Source of the DNA: Candidatus Hodarchaeota archaeon | GTDB taxonomy: Archaea; Asgardarchaeota; Heimdallarchaeia; Hodarchaeales; Hodarchaeaceae | Reading direction: 5' to 3' | Length of the DNA stretch: 64,000 nt | NCBI GenBank assembly: GCA_016839815.1 | Contig: JAEOTM010000057.1 | Location: 1 to 64,000, forward strand | In this document: positions 1 to 9,730 of the stretch, piece by piece | Layout: each line of letters opens with the position of its first letter | Position numbering within the stretch: the stretch's first letter is position 1 | Position numbers and translations under genes: made by a program | The notes under the pieces: generated by a model | The model's input: only the letters and a program-made list of their open reading frames with translations | Told to the model about the DNA's origin: nothing | Database searches by the model: none

Positions 1-1
1 A

Positions 2-145
2 GCCATTCCGCTAGTGTTGATGCTCTTTTTAGACCTTGAAATTCTTGCCAATATAGTTACAGCGATCGTTTTTGCATATAGTTTTTTGTCAGGGGGTTTA
101 TATTCAATGTACATTGCCGGAAAAATCCTCGATGGGTCTGTCTAA
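2..145 (+). CDS. 3' end of a membrane protein (partial, runs in from window start)
   Basis: Frame 2 open from base 2: AIPLVLMLFLDLEILANIVTAIVFAYSFLSGGLYSMYIAGKILDGSV*; hydrophobic; its TAA (143-145) overlaps the next ATG. Confidence 0.65.
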   Translation, partial: AIPLVLMLFLDLEILANIVTAIVFAYSFLSGGLYSMYIAGKILDGSV

Positions 146-480
146 TGGATCATGAAAGAGATATGGAGGAAAGAAGTCTTGCTTCTTACCATACTCTACT
201 TCGTAAAAATGATGATATCGGTAGACAACCACGTTTCAGTATTATGTTCCTGCTTTACCTACATAAAAGCGTTGGTTTCACTGAACTACAACGGTTACTT
301 GAATTAACTCCCGGAAATCTTGATCACCATCTTAGAAAGCTAAAAAAAATGAGTTATATTACAATACGTAAGGTTATTTCATGGAGACCACTGACAATTG
401 TTGAGATCACTGGGGAGGGAATCATTGTATTCAAAAAATACATAGAAACCTTACGGATAGTATTAAAAACTATTGAGTAA
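145..480 (+). CDS. Winged-helix transcriptional regulator (HTH_34/ArsR-like)
   Basis: R-F-S-I-M-F-L-L...FTELQRLLELTPGNLDHHLRKL...ITGEG pattern. Confidence 0.8.
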   Translation: MDHERDMEERSLASYHTLLRKNDDIGRQPRFSIMFLLYLHKSVGFTELQRLLELTPGNLDHHLRKLKKMSYITIRKVISWRPLTIVEITGEGIIVFKKYIETLRIVLKTIE

Positions 481-624
481 GGTTCTATTGTATGTTGTCT
501 CAATTCAAAAAACGTACTATTGATTCTGATCCAAGGCTACCCCATTTAGTTCATCTTGGAGAAAGAAATAATGTTTTTTATAAGAAGATGTCGTTACAAT
601 CCTTGAAATGTAGAGTTTCTCTGG

Positions 625-999
625 TTAATTCTGTTCTAGAACGATTTCATCCAATGCATTTTGGATGATTTTTGCTGATTTTACTAAATTAACTCCAACA
701 CGTGATTCAGCATTTAAGGTGCTTGCAAGTCCCTTAAGTGTTGGCCAAATGTTTATAGCAATTTCAAATTCGTCTTGAATTCTTAAGATAGGTTCAAGAA
801 AGAGTTCAAGCTGATTGTAGAGTTCAATAGAAAGACGGATATTTAATATTGGACAGAAAAAATAATTGTACTTTCTCATTAATGGACGTTCTTCTTGAGT
901 GTAACATCTTGCATTTAAACCAAGTATGAGAGTACACCCTGCTTGATGATCAGGGGTTTGAACACGAAATGGACAGTAACTATTGAAAGGTTCATCCAT
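625..999 (-). CDS. Hypothetical protein with Cys-containing N-terminal half
   Basis: 124-aa ORF, four Cys in N-terminal half, same strand as upstream operon; family not recognised. Confidence 0.5.
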   Translation of the reverse strand: MDEPFNSYCPFRVQTPDHQAGCTLILGLNARCYTQEERPLMRKYNYFFCPILNIRLSIELYNQLELFLEPILRIQDEFEIAINIWPTLKGLASTLNAESRVGVNLVKSAKIIQNALDEIVLEQN

Positions 1000-1091
1000 A
1001 AAGCTTTAACCTTGTCAAAAATTGTTTAGGTTTTTCCTCTGCATTAATACACTCTATACAGTTCAAAACGTTCTTCTTCTTACTTAAGTTC

Positions 1092-1586
1092 TTATAAATG
1101 TTGTTTACTTATTTCTTCCTTGAGTTTCTCTTTATAATCTGGCAAAGATGAGTCATACTTGATAGATTTACTTGGTTCTAACAGATTGAATAATTCTAAC
1201 AATCCTCTATGAATAGGTGACCAATCATCTACCTTATCATGCATTTTAATATAATTATTTGGCATAGGATGAGTACCTATCACCACAGGTAATCCAGTTC
1301 TTTCTTCTACGTACTTTTGGAATTTTTCTAGATAAATACATGGTGGATAACCTGCTAATACGCCAGTAGCAAAGTGAATAACTTGAGCACCATTTTTCTT
1401 GATTCTTAGTGCTGCATCCTCAATATTTCCTCCAGGACAACCACCACAAGTCGTATAAGCAACCACTTCTAACGGTTCTTCCTTAGAATATTGTTTAAAC
1501 GCACCCTCTCGGTTTTTAACTGAACGAAAACACTTTCCCCCTTCACAAAGTCGATATCGATCACAAATAATTATTCCTATTCTCAT
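1092..1586 (-). CDS. CGGC-domain metal-binding protein
   Basis: MRIGIIICDRY..CEGGKC, TCGGCPG, YPPC, VVIGTH motifs. Confidence 0.9.
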   Translation of the reverse strand: MRIGIIICDRYRLCEGGKCFRSVKNREGAFKQYSKEEPLEVVAYTTCGGCPGGNIEDAALRIKKNGAQVIHFATGVLAGYPPCIYLEKFQKYVEERTGLPVVIGTHPMPNNYIKMHDKVDDWSPIHRGLLELFNLLEPSKSIKYDSSLPDYKEKLKEEISKQHL

Positions 1587-1660
1587 TCTAGCACACTCAA
1601 ATGCAAATTCAGGATTACTATCAGTTTATTTAAAATCTGATCATACCCATGTTTATTCTA

Positions 1661-2392
1661 TTAATTTTCGATTCTAAAGATACAGGGAGAGTTACTCCTT
1701 GAATTTCCAGAAATTTTTGTTATTTTCTTACCAATTATCTCGCTTATAAGCGTTTCACACGCCACACAGACAAGAGGTTCAATTTGTACGATTTTATTCA
1801 GGATACAGTTATAATTCTTCAAAATATAGGATGAGTCATCCACAGTCAATTCAAGATAGTATCCAAACTCGGTAAGTAGGGATAATCTATCTTCTAGTCT
1901 CTGTTTAAAAGTTTCTTGTTCCTTATTATGGTCAATCCTTGAATTGGTCATTACCATTTTTTTCGCTAATGTTATTCCAACAGCACGTAAGAGGTTAATT
2001 AATTCCACAATCCCATAATGAGTTTTAAACACTGAAATCAAATAGAGAGAAAAATCCAAGTATTTCTTTGGAAATAAATCAAAAGCATTTTCATGTATGG
2101 TATATGCCATCGTTGGATGACCAAGTGGATTTTTTATCCTTAATTTTATCACTAGATTCTCTTTTTCAAGTAAAACTAAATTCTGCCGAATTGTAGTCGT
2201 ACTAAGGTTGAAACTGCAAGCAATTTCTTTTACAGTCCAGCCTTTATCAGATATTGAGCGATTAACTAGCAGAAACTCTAGGATTTTTTCTCGTGTGCTC
2301 AACACAGGGATATAGCTCGGTTTTTTATCCAATTTCTCGTTTTCATTAGCCAGCTTAGTTTGGTTTTTAACGGTGGCCACTTTTCTAATCAC
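1661..2392 (-). CDS. SufR-like HTH regulator with C-terminal Cys-ligand domain
   Basis: N-terminal wHTH (TVKEIA...TIRQNLVLLEKENLV...GHP..Y), FPKKY, C-terminal NC...VC...C; paralog of 36607-37290. Confidence 0.75.
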   Translation of the reverse strand: MIRKVATVKNQTKLANENEKLDKKPSYIPVLSTREKILEFLLVNRSISDKGWTVKEIACSFNLSTTTIRQNLVLLEKENLVIKLRIKNPLGHPTMAYTIHENAFDLFPKKYLDFSLYLISVFKTHYGIVELINLLRAVGITLAKKMVMTNSRIDHNKEQETFKQRLEDRLSLLTEFGYYLELTVDDSSYILKNYNCILNKIVQIEPLVCVACETLISEIIGKKITKISGNSRSNSPCIFRIEN

Positions 2393-3348
2393 TTACTTCG
2401 TAATTTAGTATTTTTGAGCTCCTGATTTTCATTTTGATAGATAAATTTGGTTTTTCGATACATGACTGTACCAATAGAATGCTTAATTAATTTTTCAAAA
2501 TAGCTTTCAGGATCATTAACATGGTATTGTTGAATAATTTCTAAAGCTTGAGTGTATTGAAGAGGATGTCTGTTTGTAATAGAGATAATTGCTTCTTCTG
2601 GTGTCTTAAACAAGCTCGAATCAAACTTTCCTACCTCATTCAGAGGTAAAATTTGGGCTGATTGTAATAGAAGTTGACTTATTGCTAAGGATTCACTTTT
2701 TGGAATTTTCACCCATTTTTCTGCGGGGGGCCTGGAAGGTATGTTAATATGCACCCTGTCAGGTTGAAATTTACTTAAAAATGAATGTATTTCTTCCAAA
2801 ATTTCAACAGAGTCATTGATATCATTAAGAAGCATTACTTCAATCCATATTTCATTATTGAATTCCTCTCTTAGCGTCTTTAAACCAGTTATAATATTTG
2901 AAAATTTAATCCCTTTATGAGGTCGATTGATAAACTTGAAGAGTTTGGAATTCCCTGCATCAAATGTAGGAATAATGACATCTACTTTCTTGATTTCATC
3001 TCTGACAGATTTAGAAAATAATAAGCTTCCATTTGTGATTAGTGCAATGGGAAGATTTGTCATACTTTTTATTTCTTCAATTAGATAACCTAAGTCATTA
3101 CAAAGAGTTGGTTCGCCTTCACCGACAATTGTAATATAATCTGATTTCCTTTCATCTTGAATGGCAACATTAATCTCTTCGAGAATATCCCTAGGTCTAA
3201 AAAACCGTTGCCTTTCATTTGTAAAGTTAGATGTTTTTCCTAGCTGGCAATATATGCAATTATAATTACACGTTTTAGCTGGAATAGGTGATACACCTAA
3301 AGATTGCCCTAATCTTCTGGAGGGTACAGGCCCATAAACATAATTCGT
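2389..3348 (-). CDS. Radical SAM protein (COG0731-type); true start lies upstream of the ORF-track call, probably at ACG
   Basis: Frame stays open upstream of 3063: (T)NYVYGPVPSRRLGQSLGVSPIPAKTCNYNCIYCQLG with CxxxCxxC, then GEGEPTL; GGAGG 10 nt before ACG at 3348. Confidence 0.85.
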   Translation of the reverse strand, partial: TNYVYGPVPSRRLGQSLGVSPIPAKTCNYNCIYCQLGKTSNFTNERQRFFRPRDILEEINVAIQDERKSDYITIVGEGEPTLCNDLGYLIEEIKSMTNLPIALITNGSLLFSKSVRDEIKKVDVIIPTFDAGNSKLFKFINRPHKGIKFSNIITGLKTLREEFNNEIWIEVMLLNDINDSVEILEEIHSFLSKFQPDRVHINIPSRPPAEKWVKIPKSESLAISQLLLQSAQILPLNEVGKFDSSLFKTPEEAIISITNRHPLQYTQALEIIQQYHVNDPESYFEKLIKHSIGTVMYRKTKFIYQNENQELKNTKLRSK

Positions 3349-3378
3349 GAATAATTAGCCTCCTGAATCAAATTTCTA

Positions 3379-3444
3379 TTTTGCATAGGTATTCATAAGT
3401 GTTTTGCATACCTATGCAAAAAGTTTATGAATATATATTCATAA
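3379..3444. promoter_or_regulatory. Three tandem 20-bp palindromic operator-like sites, 23-bp period
   Basis: TTTTGCATAGGTATTCATAA (3379-3398), TTTTGCATACCTATGCAAAA (3402-3421), TTATGAATATATATTCATAA (3425-3444) in a divergent intergenic region. Confidence 0.8.
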
Positions 3445-3579
3445 TGTTACATGAATTGATATTATCAAATTCCTTAACTAAAAAGCACTTAGATAACTAG
3501 AAACTTACAGTATTTAACTAATATAGCTTCAAATAAGGATCCTATAAATTCAATCTTGTAAAACAAGGAGACATTAAAG

Positions 3580-3978
3580 ATTCCCAGAGGTAGAAATCCT
3601 AGAACGATACGATGTGATCCAACGCACACCTATTTTAAACCACGCGGGATTCCGTTGAGTGAAATAACAGAGGAAGTTATCATTACCCTCGAGGAGCTAG
3701 AAACACTTCGTTTAACTTCACTAGAGGGGCTATCTCAAGGAGAAGCGGGAAAATTAATGGAAGTGTCTCAGTCTACTATTTCTAGACACCTTGATGATGT
3801 CCACCGAAAGATTGCGAATGCCTTAGTAAACGGACTAGCCATCCGAATCGAAAATACTACAGAAGTGTTTCATTGTGATGAATGTGGTAACATTTGGAGT
3901 TTTCCTGAAAACAAGGCAAAAACTTCAGTATGTGAGAAATGTGGATCCAATAAATTTCACATTCACACTCAAAGGTAA
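3580..3978 (+). CDS. DUF134 (UPF0251) HTH protein with C-terminal Zn ribbon; probable ATT start
   Basis: In-frame extension (I)PRGRNPRTIRCDPTHTYFKPRGIP preceded by AAGGAG; EELETLRL..EGLSQ..AG..MEVSQSTI; CxxC...CxxC tail. Confidence 0.88.
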   Translation: MPRGRNPRTIRCDPTHTYFKPRGIPLSEITEEVIITLEELETLRLTSLEGLSQGEAGKLMEVSQSTISRHLDDVHRKIANALVNGLAIRIENTTEVFHCDECGNIWSFPENKAKTSVCEKCGSNKFHIHTQR

Positions 3979-4035
3979 GATAGTACACAATTTCAGTAAA
4001 CGAATAAACATTAAAAATAGAATGAGGTTAAATAT

Positions 4036-4473
4036 ATGAAAATTGGATTATCTTCAAACGGAAATAGCTTATCTGATCCATTTGCTTCAAATTTTGGACG
4101 CTGTTCTTTCTTCATAGTATATGATTCATCTGCAAAGAATATTGCCACTGCTTATTCTAATACTGCCCAAAACGCGGCAGGCGGTGCAGGAATTCAAGCA
4201 GCACAATCTATGCTTGATAATGGAGTAGAAGCTGTTATTGCCCCTCAAATGGGTCCAAACGCATGGAATGTTTTACAGGGTGCGAATATTAAAGTTTTTT
4301 CAGGCATTATGGGTTCGATTCAAGAAAATATTGACGCGTTCTTAGCTGGAGAATTAAAAGAAATGTCTGGTGCACATGGAGTGGGACCAGGAAGAGGCCG
4401 AGGAATGGGTCGTGGACAAGGCCGTGGTATGGGTCGTGGTGGCGGCCGTGGCCGTGGTAATTACAGAGGTTGA
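4036..4473 (+). CDS. NifB/NifX-family (MTH1175/orange-protein-like) protein with Gly/Arg-rich tail
   Basis: FGRCSFF, GGAGIQAAQ, MGPNA; C-terminal GRGRGMGRGQGRGMGRGGGRGRG. Confidence 0.9.
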   Translation: MKIGLSSNGNSLSDPFASNFGRCSFFIVYDSSAKNIATAYSNTAQNAAGGAGIQAAQSMLDNGVEAVIAPQMGPNAWNVLQGANIKVFSGIMGSIQENIDAFLAGELKEMSGAHGVGPGRGRGMGRGQGRGMGRGGGRGRGNYRG

Positions 4474-4875
4474 ATGAAAATGAGATTATGTATACCATCC
4501 GAATCAACAGGTGGACTTGAAGATCAAGTTGGTTACCATTTTGGTCGAGTCGAGAATTATACTATTTACGATGATGCTTCAAACAAAGTAGAAGTAATCG
4601 AAAATACCTCATCTCATCGAGGAGGTACGAAATTACCTGCTGAACTTCTTCGGGAATATAATGTTGATGTGATGATCTGCGGAGGAATTGGGAGAAGAGC
4701 CATTCAATTGTTTGAGCAGTATGGAGTAGAAATATACATAGGTGCTCAAGGCATTATTAAAGAAGCTATTGAACAATTCAAACAAGATAAACTCAAAATG
4801 GCAACCAATAAAGACGCCTGTCAACAACATAAGTATCGAAACGAAGATCATGACCAACATCATGAACATCATTAG
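4474..4875 (+). CDS. NifB/NifX-family protein with His-rich tail
   Basis: HFGR, ICGGIGRRA; tail CQQH..EDHDQHHEHH. Confidence 0.9.
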   Translation: MKMRLCIPSESTGGLEDQVGYHFGRVENYTIYDDASNKVEVIENTSSHRGGTKLPAELLREYNVDVMICGGIGRRAIQLFEQYGVEIYIGAQGIIKEAIEQFKQDKLKMATNKDACQQHKYRNEDHDQHHEHH

Positions 4876-5766
4876 GTGGAATCACAAACGATAATAGGAG
4901 TAGCATCTGGAAAAGGGGGAACTGGTAAAACAACTGTAGCAGTAAATCTGTCACTTTATCTATCCAAAGAACAAGAGGTTGTATTATTTGACTTAGATGT
5001 AGAAGAACCTAATGACAATCACTTCCTTAAACGTACCATGGAACCGTTTCAGGAAGTAGGGTTAATGAGGCCTGATGTAGACGAAGAGATATGTTCACAC
5101 TGTGGATTATGTGCGGAATTATGTGAATTCAATGCACTTGCCGTTCTTCCAAACCAAGTTATGATTTTTCCAGAATTATGTCATGGATGCGGTTTATGTA
5201 CTCTTTCATGTCCCTTAAATGCAATAACAGAACGTTTTCACAAGCTAGGAATCGTAAGAAAATCAAAAACACCTTCAATAGACGAATCTTCTATTTATAA
5301 AAAACAAATTACATTCTTTGAAGGGACATTGAATGTAGGAGAGGCTATTGCTACTCCCATTATACATGAATTAAAAAAAATCGCTTTCAATCAACAGACT
5401 GAATATGTTATTTTAGATTTACCCCCTGGTTCTGCATGTCCTGTTGTAGAAGGTCTCAATGATTTGGATTATGTTATTCTGGTAACAGAACCAACCCCTG
5501 CAGGTGAACATGATCTTAAAATTGCCATAGAACTGGTGAAGATACTTAATATCCCCTTTGGAATAGTAAACAATAGATATGATATAGGTGATGACTGTAT
5601 CAATCGGTTAGTGGAAGAGAATGATTATACTCTGTTGTTAGAAATTCCACATGATAATGAAATTCTACATCTCTATTCACATGGGCTACCACTCGTAGGT
5701 ACAACAAAAAAGTTTGATGAATTATTTGGAAAGTTGTGGAATGCAATTAAGGAGGAAAATAAATGA
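4876..5766 (+). CDS. MinD-like P-loop ATPase with inserted 2x[4Fe-4S] ferredoxin (COG1149 type)
   Basis: SGKGGTGKTT, DLDVEEPN, CSHCGLC..C, CHGCGLC..CP, PPGSACP. Confidence 0.92.
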   Translation: MESQTIIGVASGKGGTGKTTVAVNLSLYLSKEQEVVLFDLDVEEPNDNHFLKRTMEPFQEVGLMRPDVDEEICSHCGLCAELCEFNALAVLPNQVMIFPELCHGCGLCTLSCPLNAITERFHKLGIVRKSKTPSIDESSIYKKQITFFEGTLNVGEAIATPIIHELKKIAFNQQTEYVILDLPPGSACPVVEGLNDLDYVILVTEPTPAGEHDLKIAIELVKILNIPFGIVNNRYDIGDDCINRLVEENDYTLLLEIPHDNEILHLYSHGLPLVGTTKKFDELFGKLWNAIKEENK

Positions 5767-6653
5767 CAAAAGAGAAAATTAAACAGATCACTGTCCTCTC
5801 AGGGAAAGGAGGAACTGGAAAAACAACTATTTCTGCCGCTCTTGCTCAATTATCAGCACCTTCTTCCCTAATGGCAGATTGTGATGTTGATGCACCTAAC
5901 CTTCATTTATTGCTCAATCCGAAAAATAATTCATCTAAACGCTTTTTGAGTGGAAAATTAGCAATAAAGGATGTAGAAAAATGCACCAACTGTGGTCAAT
6001 GTTTGGAAGTTTGTCGTTTCGATGCTATAAATACTAGTTTTGATATTGATCCCCTTCACTGTGAAGGATGTGGTGCATGTGCGTGGATATGTCCTGAAAA
6101 AGCAATTAAAATGGAAATTCAACCTTCGGGTACCATCTATGAGGCTGAGACCAGATTTGGTCCTATGGTTCATGCAATATTAGATATTGGTGCAGAGAAT
6201 TCAGGAAAGCTAGTAAGTGAAGTAATTCAAAAGAGTCAAGTAATCGCTAATGAACACAAAAAAGAAGTAATTATTGTTGATGGAAGTCCAGGAATTGGAT
6301 GTCCCGTTATTGCAGCATTAACAAATGCAGACCTCGTTATAATTGTTGTTGAACCTACAATGACGGCAATTCATGATATGATAAGAGTTAGCGAGCTCAT
6401 TCAATTCTTTAAACTTCTTACGGTAGTTATTATTAACAAAGCAACGATAAATACGGAACAGAGGGAAAGAATCGTCGAGTTTTGCCAAGAGGAAGGTATT
6501 CCTATAGTTGGAGAAGTTCCATATAATTTAGCAATTTATAAAGCAATGGTTAAAGGAGAAACTGTCCTAGAACATGGAATTTCTGACCTAAATGAACCGA
6601 TGAAAGAAATGTGGAAAAAATGTATTGATTTATTACATTTAAAGGAGAACTAA
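5763..6653 (+). CDS. MinD-like P-loop ATPase with inserted 2x[4Fe-4S] ferredoxin (paralog)
   Basis: SGKGGTGKTT, DCDVDAPN, CTNCGQC..C, CEGCGAC..CP, SPGIGCP. Confidence 0.92.
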   Translation: MTKEKIKQITVLSGKGGTGKTTISAALAQLSAPSSLMADCDVDAPNLHLLLNPKNNSSKRFLSGKLAIKDVEKCTNCGQCLEVCRFDAINTSFDIDPLHCEGCGACAWICPEKAIKMEIQPSGTIYEAETRFGPMVHAILDIGAENSGKLVSEVIQKSQVIANEHKKEVIIVDGSPGIGCPVIAALTNADLVIIVVEPTMTAIHDMIRVSELIQFFKLLTVVIINKATINTEQRERIVEFCQEEGIPIVGEVPYNLAIYKAMVKGETVLEHGISDLNEPMKEMWKKCIDLLHLKEN

Positions 6654-6659
6654 TCAGTC

Positions 6660-7904
6660 TTGGATCATAAAGAAAGGAAAGAATTGCTAGCTGAAGGAGA
6701 AAAAGCCACTCTAATTACTCTACTGAGTAATATAATCATAATTACCTTCAAATTAATAGCAGGAATAGTAATTGGAAGTATCGCATTACTTGCTTCTGCA
6801 TTAGATGCCTTGACCGATATAATTGCATCCCTAGCAGTTTTGTTTGGGTTACGTTTTTCTCAAAAAGATCCTTCTAAACGATTCCCTTACGGATATTATC
6901 GAATGGAAACATTAGCAACATTAATAGTTTCGATATTCATCCTGTTCTTTGGTTTAGATGTAATTTTCATGAGTATACAAGTTGTAAAAACTCCATCTAT
7001 ATTAAATCTTCCAGTGATAGGATTATTAACTTCCCTGATTTCTATTGGCCTTGCTTATGTGCTTTACAGATATAATTTGAGAGTTGGTACAAAAATCGCT
7101 TCGAATGCCTTGACAAGTACCGCAAATGAGTTTAAACTAGATATAATTACAAATTCCCTGGTTTTTTTGGGAATTTTTGGACATTTAATTGACATTCCTC
7201 AATTAGAAGGGTTTGTTGGGTTTATAATAGGATTTGTAATAATCAAGACAGGAATAGAATTTGGAAAAAACTCAATTTTAACATTATTAGATGCAGTTGA
7301 TGATCCTGAAGTAATTGATAAGATAAATGCACTTGTATCAGAATTTAATGAAGTACAGGATGTTTCGAATATCCGAATCAGGCAATCAGGTCCCTATTAT
7401 TTTGCAGATATCAATATCCGAATGGAAGCGACAAGGACAATCAAATCCTTAGCCAGGGTAACTCACTTGTTGGAGTTGTCTTTGAAGAAAAAAATTCCTC
7501 AACTAGATAGTGTTGTGATAAGTGTTGAACCTATAAAGAAAACTAGGCTAAAAATAGCGATTGCTGCACATTCGTTAGAAACAAAAGTTAATGAAGCTCC
7601 TGCGGAGCATTTTGGTCAAGCTCCTGCTTTTCTAATCGCAGATATAGACATTCCTACTCAAACTATACTATCAACCAGACTAATCGACAATCCCCATCGA
7701 TTAGCTGATCGAAAACGGGGTATTTTAGGTGCAGAGTTATTAATTAATGAGGGAATCGACATTCTAGTAACAAAAGACCCCAAAACATTCGGTATTGGAC
7801 CTAAAGCTATTCTTTCGGAAAATAATGTTCAAATTCACCAAGCTCAAGGCAATTCTATTCAAGAAATATTTGAGAATTTCATTCTATTGAATAAAAAAGG
7901 TTAA
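6660..7904 (+). CDS. Cation diffusion facilitator transporter fused to a C-terminal NifX-like domain
   Basis: SIALLASALDALTD, FPYGYYRMETL, TM core; C-terminal EHFGQAPAF...GIGPKA. Confidence 0.9.
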   Translation: MDHKERKELLAEGEKATLITLLSNIIIITFKLIAGIVIGSIALLASALDALTDIIASLAVLFGLRFSQKDPSKRFPYGYYRMETLATLIVSIFILFFGLDVIFMSIQVVKTPSILNLPVIGLLTSLISIGLAYVLYRYNLRVGTKIASNALTSTANEFKLDIITNSLVFLGIFGHLIDIPQLEGFVGFIIGFVIIKTGIEFGKNSILTLLDAVDDPEVIDKINALVSEFNEVQDVSNIRIRQSGPYYFADINIRMEATRTIKSLARVTHLLELSLKKKIPQLDSVVISVEPIKKTRLKIAIAAHSLETKVNEAPAEHFGQAPAFLIADIDIPTQTILSTRLIDNPHRLADRKRGILGAELLINEGIDILVTKDPKTFGIGPKAILSENNVQIHQAQGNSIQEIFENFILLNKKG

Positions 7905-7916
7905 AATTGAAACAAT

Positions 7917-8675
7917 TTGACGGTGAGACAAATGTTATTAATATGGATCATAATATGCAGTTCGTTAGGCAGTATTGGAGCGGTCATCACAGCTACGGGA
8001 TTTCTTTTAATTCGAGAACCCATTCAAAAATTTCTCATTCCCTCCTTAATTGCATTTGCAAGTGGTACGCTTCTCACCGCAGCTCTATTAGGACTAATTC
8101 CTCACGCGCTTGAGCATTTGAATCCACAAAAGGTTTTATCAACTGTACTAGTAGGGATTTTCCTTTTTTTCCTTTTGGAAAAAACAATAATTTGGAGGCA
8201 TTGTCATGATATGGAATGTGAAGCCCATAGAACTGTAGGTCCGATGATCATCATAGGAGATGCCTTTCATAATGCTGTGGATGGTCTTGTTATCACAGCC
8301 AGCTTCTTGATTTCGATTCCTGTTGGTATTGCTGCCACAATATCAGTAATTGCTCATGAAATTCCTCAAGAAATCGGTGATTTTGCGCTACTTCTACATT
8401 CAGGTTATTCTAAAAGAAAGGCTTTGATATTAAACCTTCTCTCCAGTATATCAACTATTCCTGTCGCAATTCTCGCATTCTTTGCTTTAAATACTATACA
8501 AACGATTATTCCATACATAATGGCAATTTCAGCGGCAAGCTTTCTCTATATTGCACTTACTGATATATACCCCGAATTACACTCTAAAGTAAGTTTTAAA
8601 GAAGAACTTCGTGAGTCTATTATGATGATACTTGGATCTGCAATAATCATTCTTCTACTTCAGTTTAACCATTGA
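7917..8675 (+). CDS. ZIP family metal transporter
   Basis: WRHCH, GDAFHNAVDG, AHEIPQEIGDF; alternative ATG at 7932. Confidence 0.92.
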   Translation: MTVRQMLLIWIIICSSLGSIGAVITATGFLLIREPIQKFLIPSLIAFASGTLLTAALLGLIPHALEHLNPQKVLSTVLVGIFLFFLLEKTIIWRHCHDMECEAHRTVGPMIIIGDAFHNAVDGLVITASFLISIPVGIAATISVIAHEIPQEIGDFALLLHSGYSKRKALILNLLSSISTIPVAILAFFALNTIQTIIPYIMAISAASFLYIALTDIYPELHSKVSFKEELRESIMMILGSAIIILLLQFNH

Positions 8676-8846
8676 TGTTACTCGGATGACTCTTGATAAA
8701 GAAGTCATTTCTGCATAAATGGGCGATAATGAGAGCAAAATTCCACGAAAATACCAATAGCTATTTCAATTGGCTGAAATATACCTTGATTATTTCTTGA
8801 GCTAATTTTTTTACCTTGGTCTATCCAAAGCTATCTTTTCATATTT

Positions 8847-9407
8847 CTATCTACCATACCTTTTCCGATCATACCTCGTTTGTTTAGGATTTCGAATAGT
8901 TCGGCCTTCAGCATCCTTGAATTTTTCAAATAAAATTACTAGGAAATCAACCCACCATAAGATGAATGCAGGGGCCCAAAGAAGAGCTACTAATTGAAAT
9001 AGGGGTTCTATTCTTAATACTAGAAATATACCAGCTACCCAGATTAGCAGGAAATATGCACCAGAATAAATTCTTCCAACCCAGAATCTATGAACACCCA
9101 TTATTCCTAATATAAGACTCAGAATAATCATTGTACCAGTATCAGTCTCTGCAAGTGGGGAAAGTGCTGGAGGACGTGCAGTAAAATCTTTTCGAATAGG
9201 ACGATTGTTACTATCCACAAAACGTCCATTTATAAGAGAATACAGGTCATATATCCAACCAATTAAATATACTCCAAATGTGAATTGGTAGAGGAGACCA
9301 GATCTTTTTCGTTTCACATAATAACGGTGGACACCAAATATCCCAAGAAAAAGACATAATTTAAAGACTTTATTGTAGTTATAATGCGATGCACTTCTTA
9401 TTTCCAT
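8847..9407 (-). CDS. Membrane protein with two TM2 domains
   Basis: LGIFGVHRYY...GWIYD and LGIMGVHRFWVG...WWVD. Confidence 0.85.
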   Translation of the reverse strand: MEIRSASHYNYNKVFKLCLFLGIFGVHRYYVKRKRSGLLYQFTFGVYLIGWIYDLYSLINGRFVDSNNRPIRKDFTARPPALSPLAETDTGTMIILSLILGIMGVHRFWVGRIYSGAYFLLIWVAGIFLVLRIEPLFQLVALLWAPAFILWWVDFLVILFEKFKDAEGRTIRNPKQTRYDRKRYGR

Positions 9408-9730
9408 TAAGTATCACCATTGTCACGGTTTAAACCATCACACTACCAGATTTTATAAGTTTTAGGGAAATTAACTTCTCAGGCCATAGTTCATCAGACA
9501 TTGAAGTCAATGTTGTACAATGAGATTACCCCTTAACCTCACAATTGCTACTTTTTTATGTCATTAATCTAACTTTTAATTCGAAATACGAGATTTTTTT
9601 GTACTTTCATTTTATAAGAGTAGAAGTACAAGAAACACATGACCTGTAAAGGTTAATGAAAAGTAAGATCAACTCACATGAAAAATAGAAGGTCATAAAT
9701 TGATTTTTCTATCTATTGAGGGTATAAAAA

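Noticed and set aside
3379-3444. Mini CRISPR array
   Set aside because: Units are separated by only 3 bp, there are no spacers and no cas genes.
4036-4875. Nitrogen fixation inferred from NifB/NifX-like genes
   Set aside because: No nifH/D/K/E/N in the window; this domain family is widespread outside diazotrophs.
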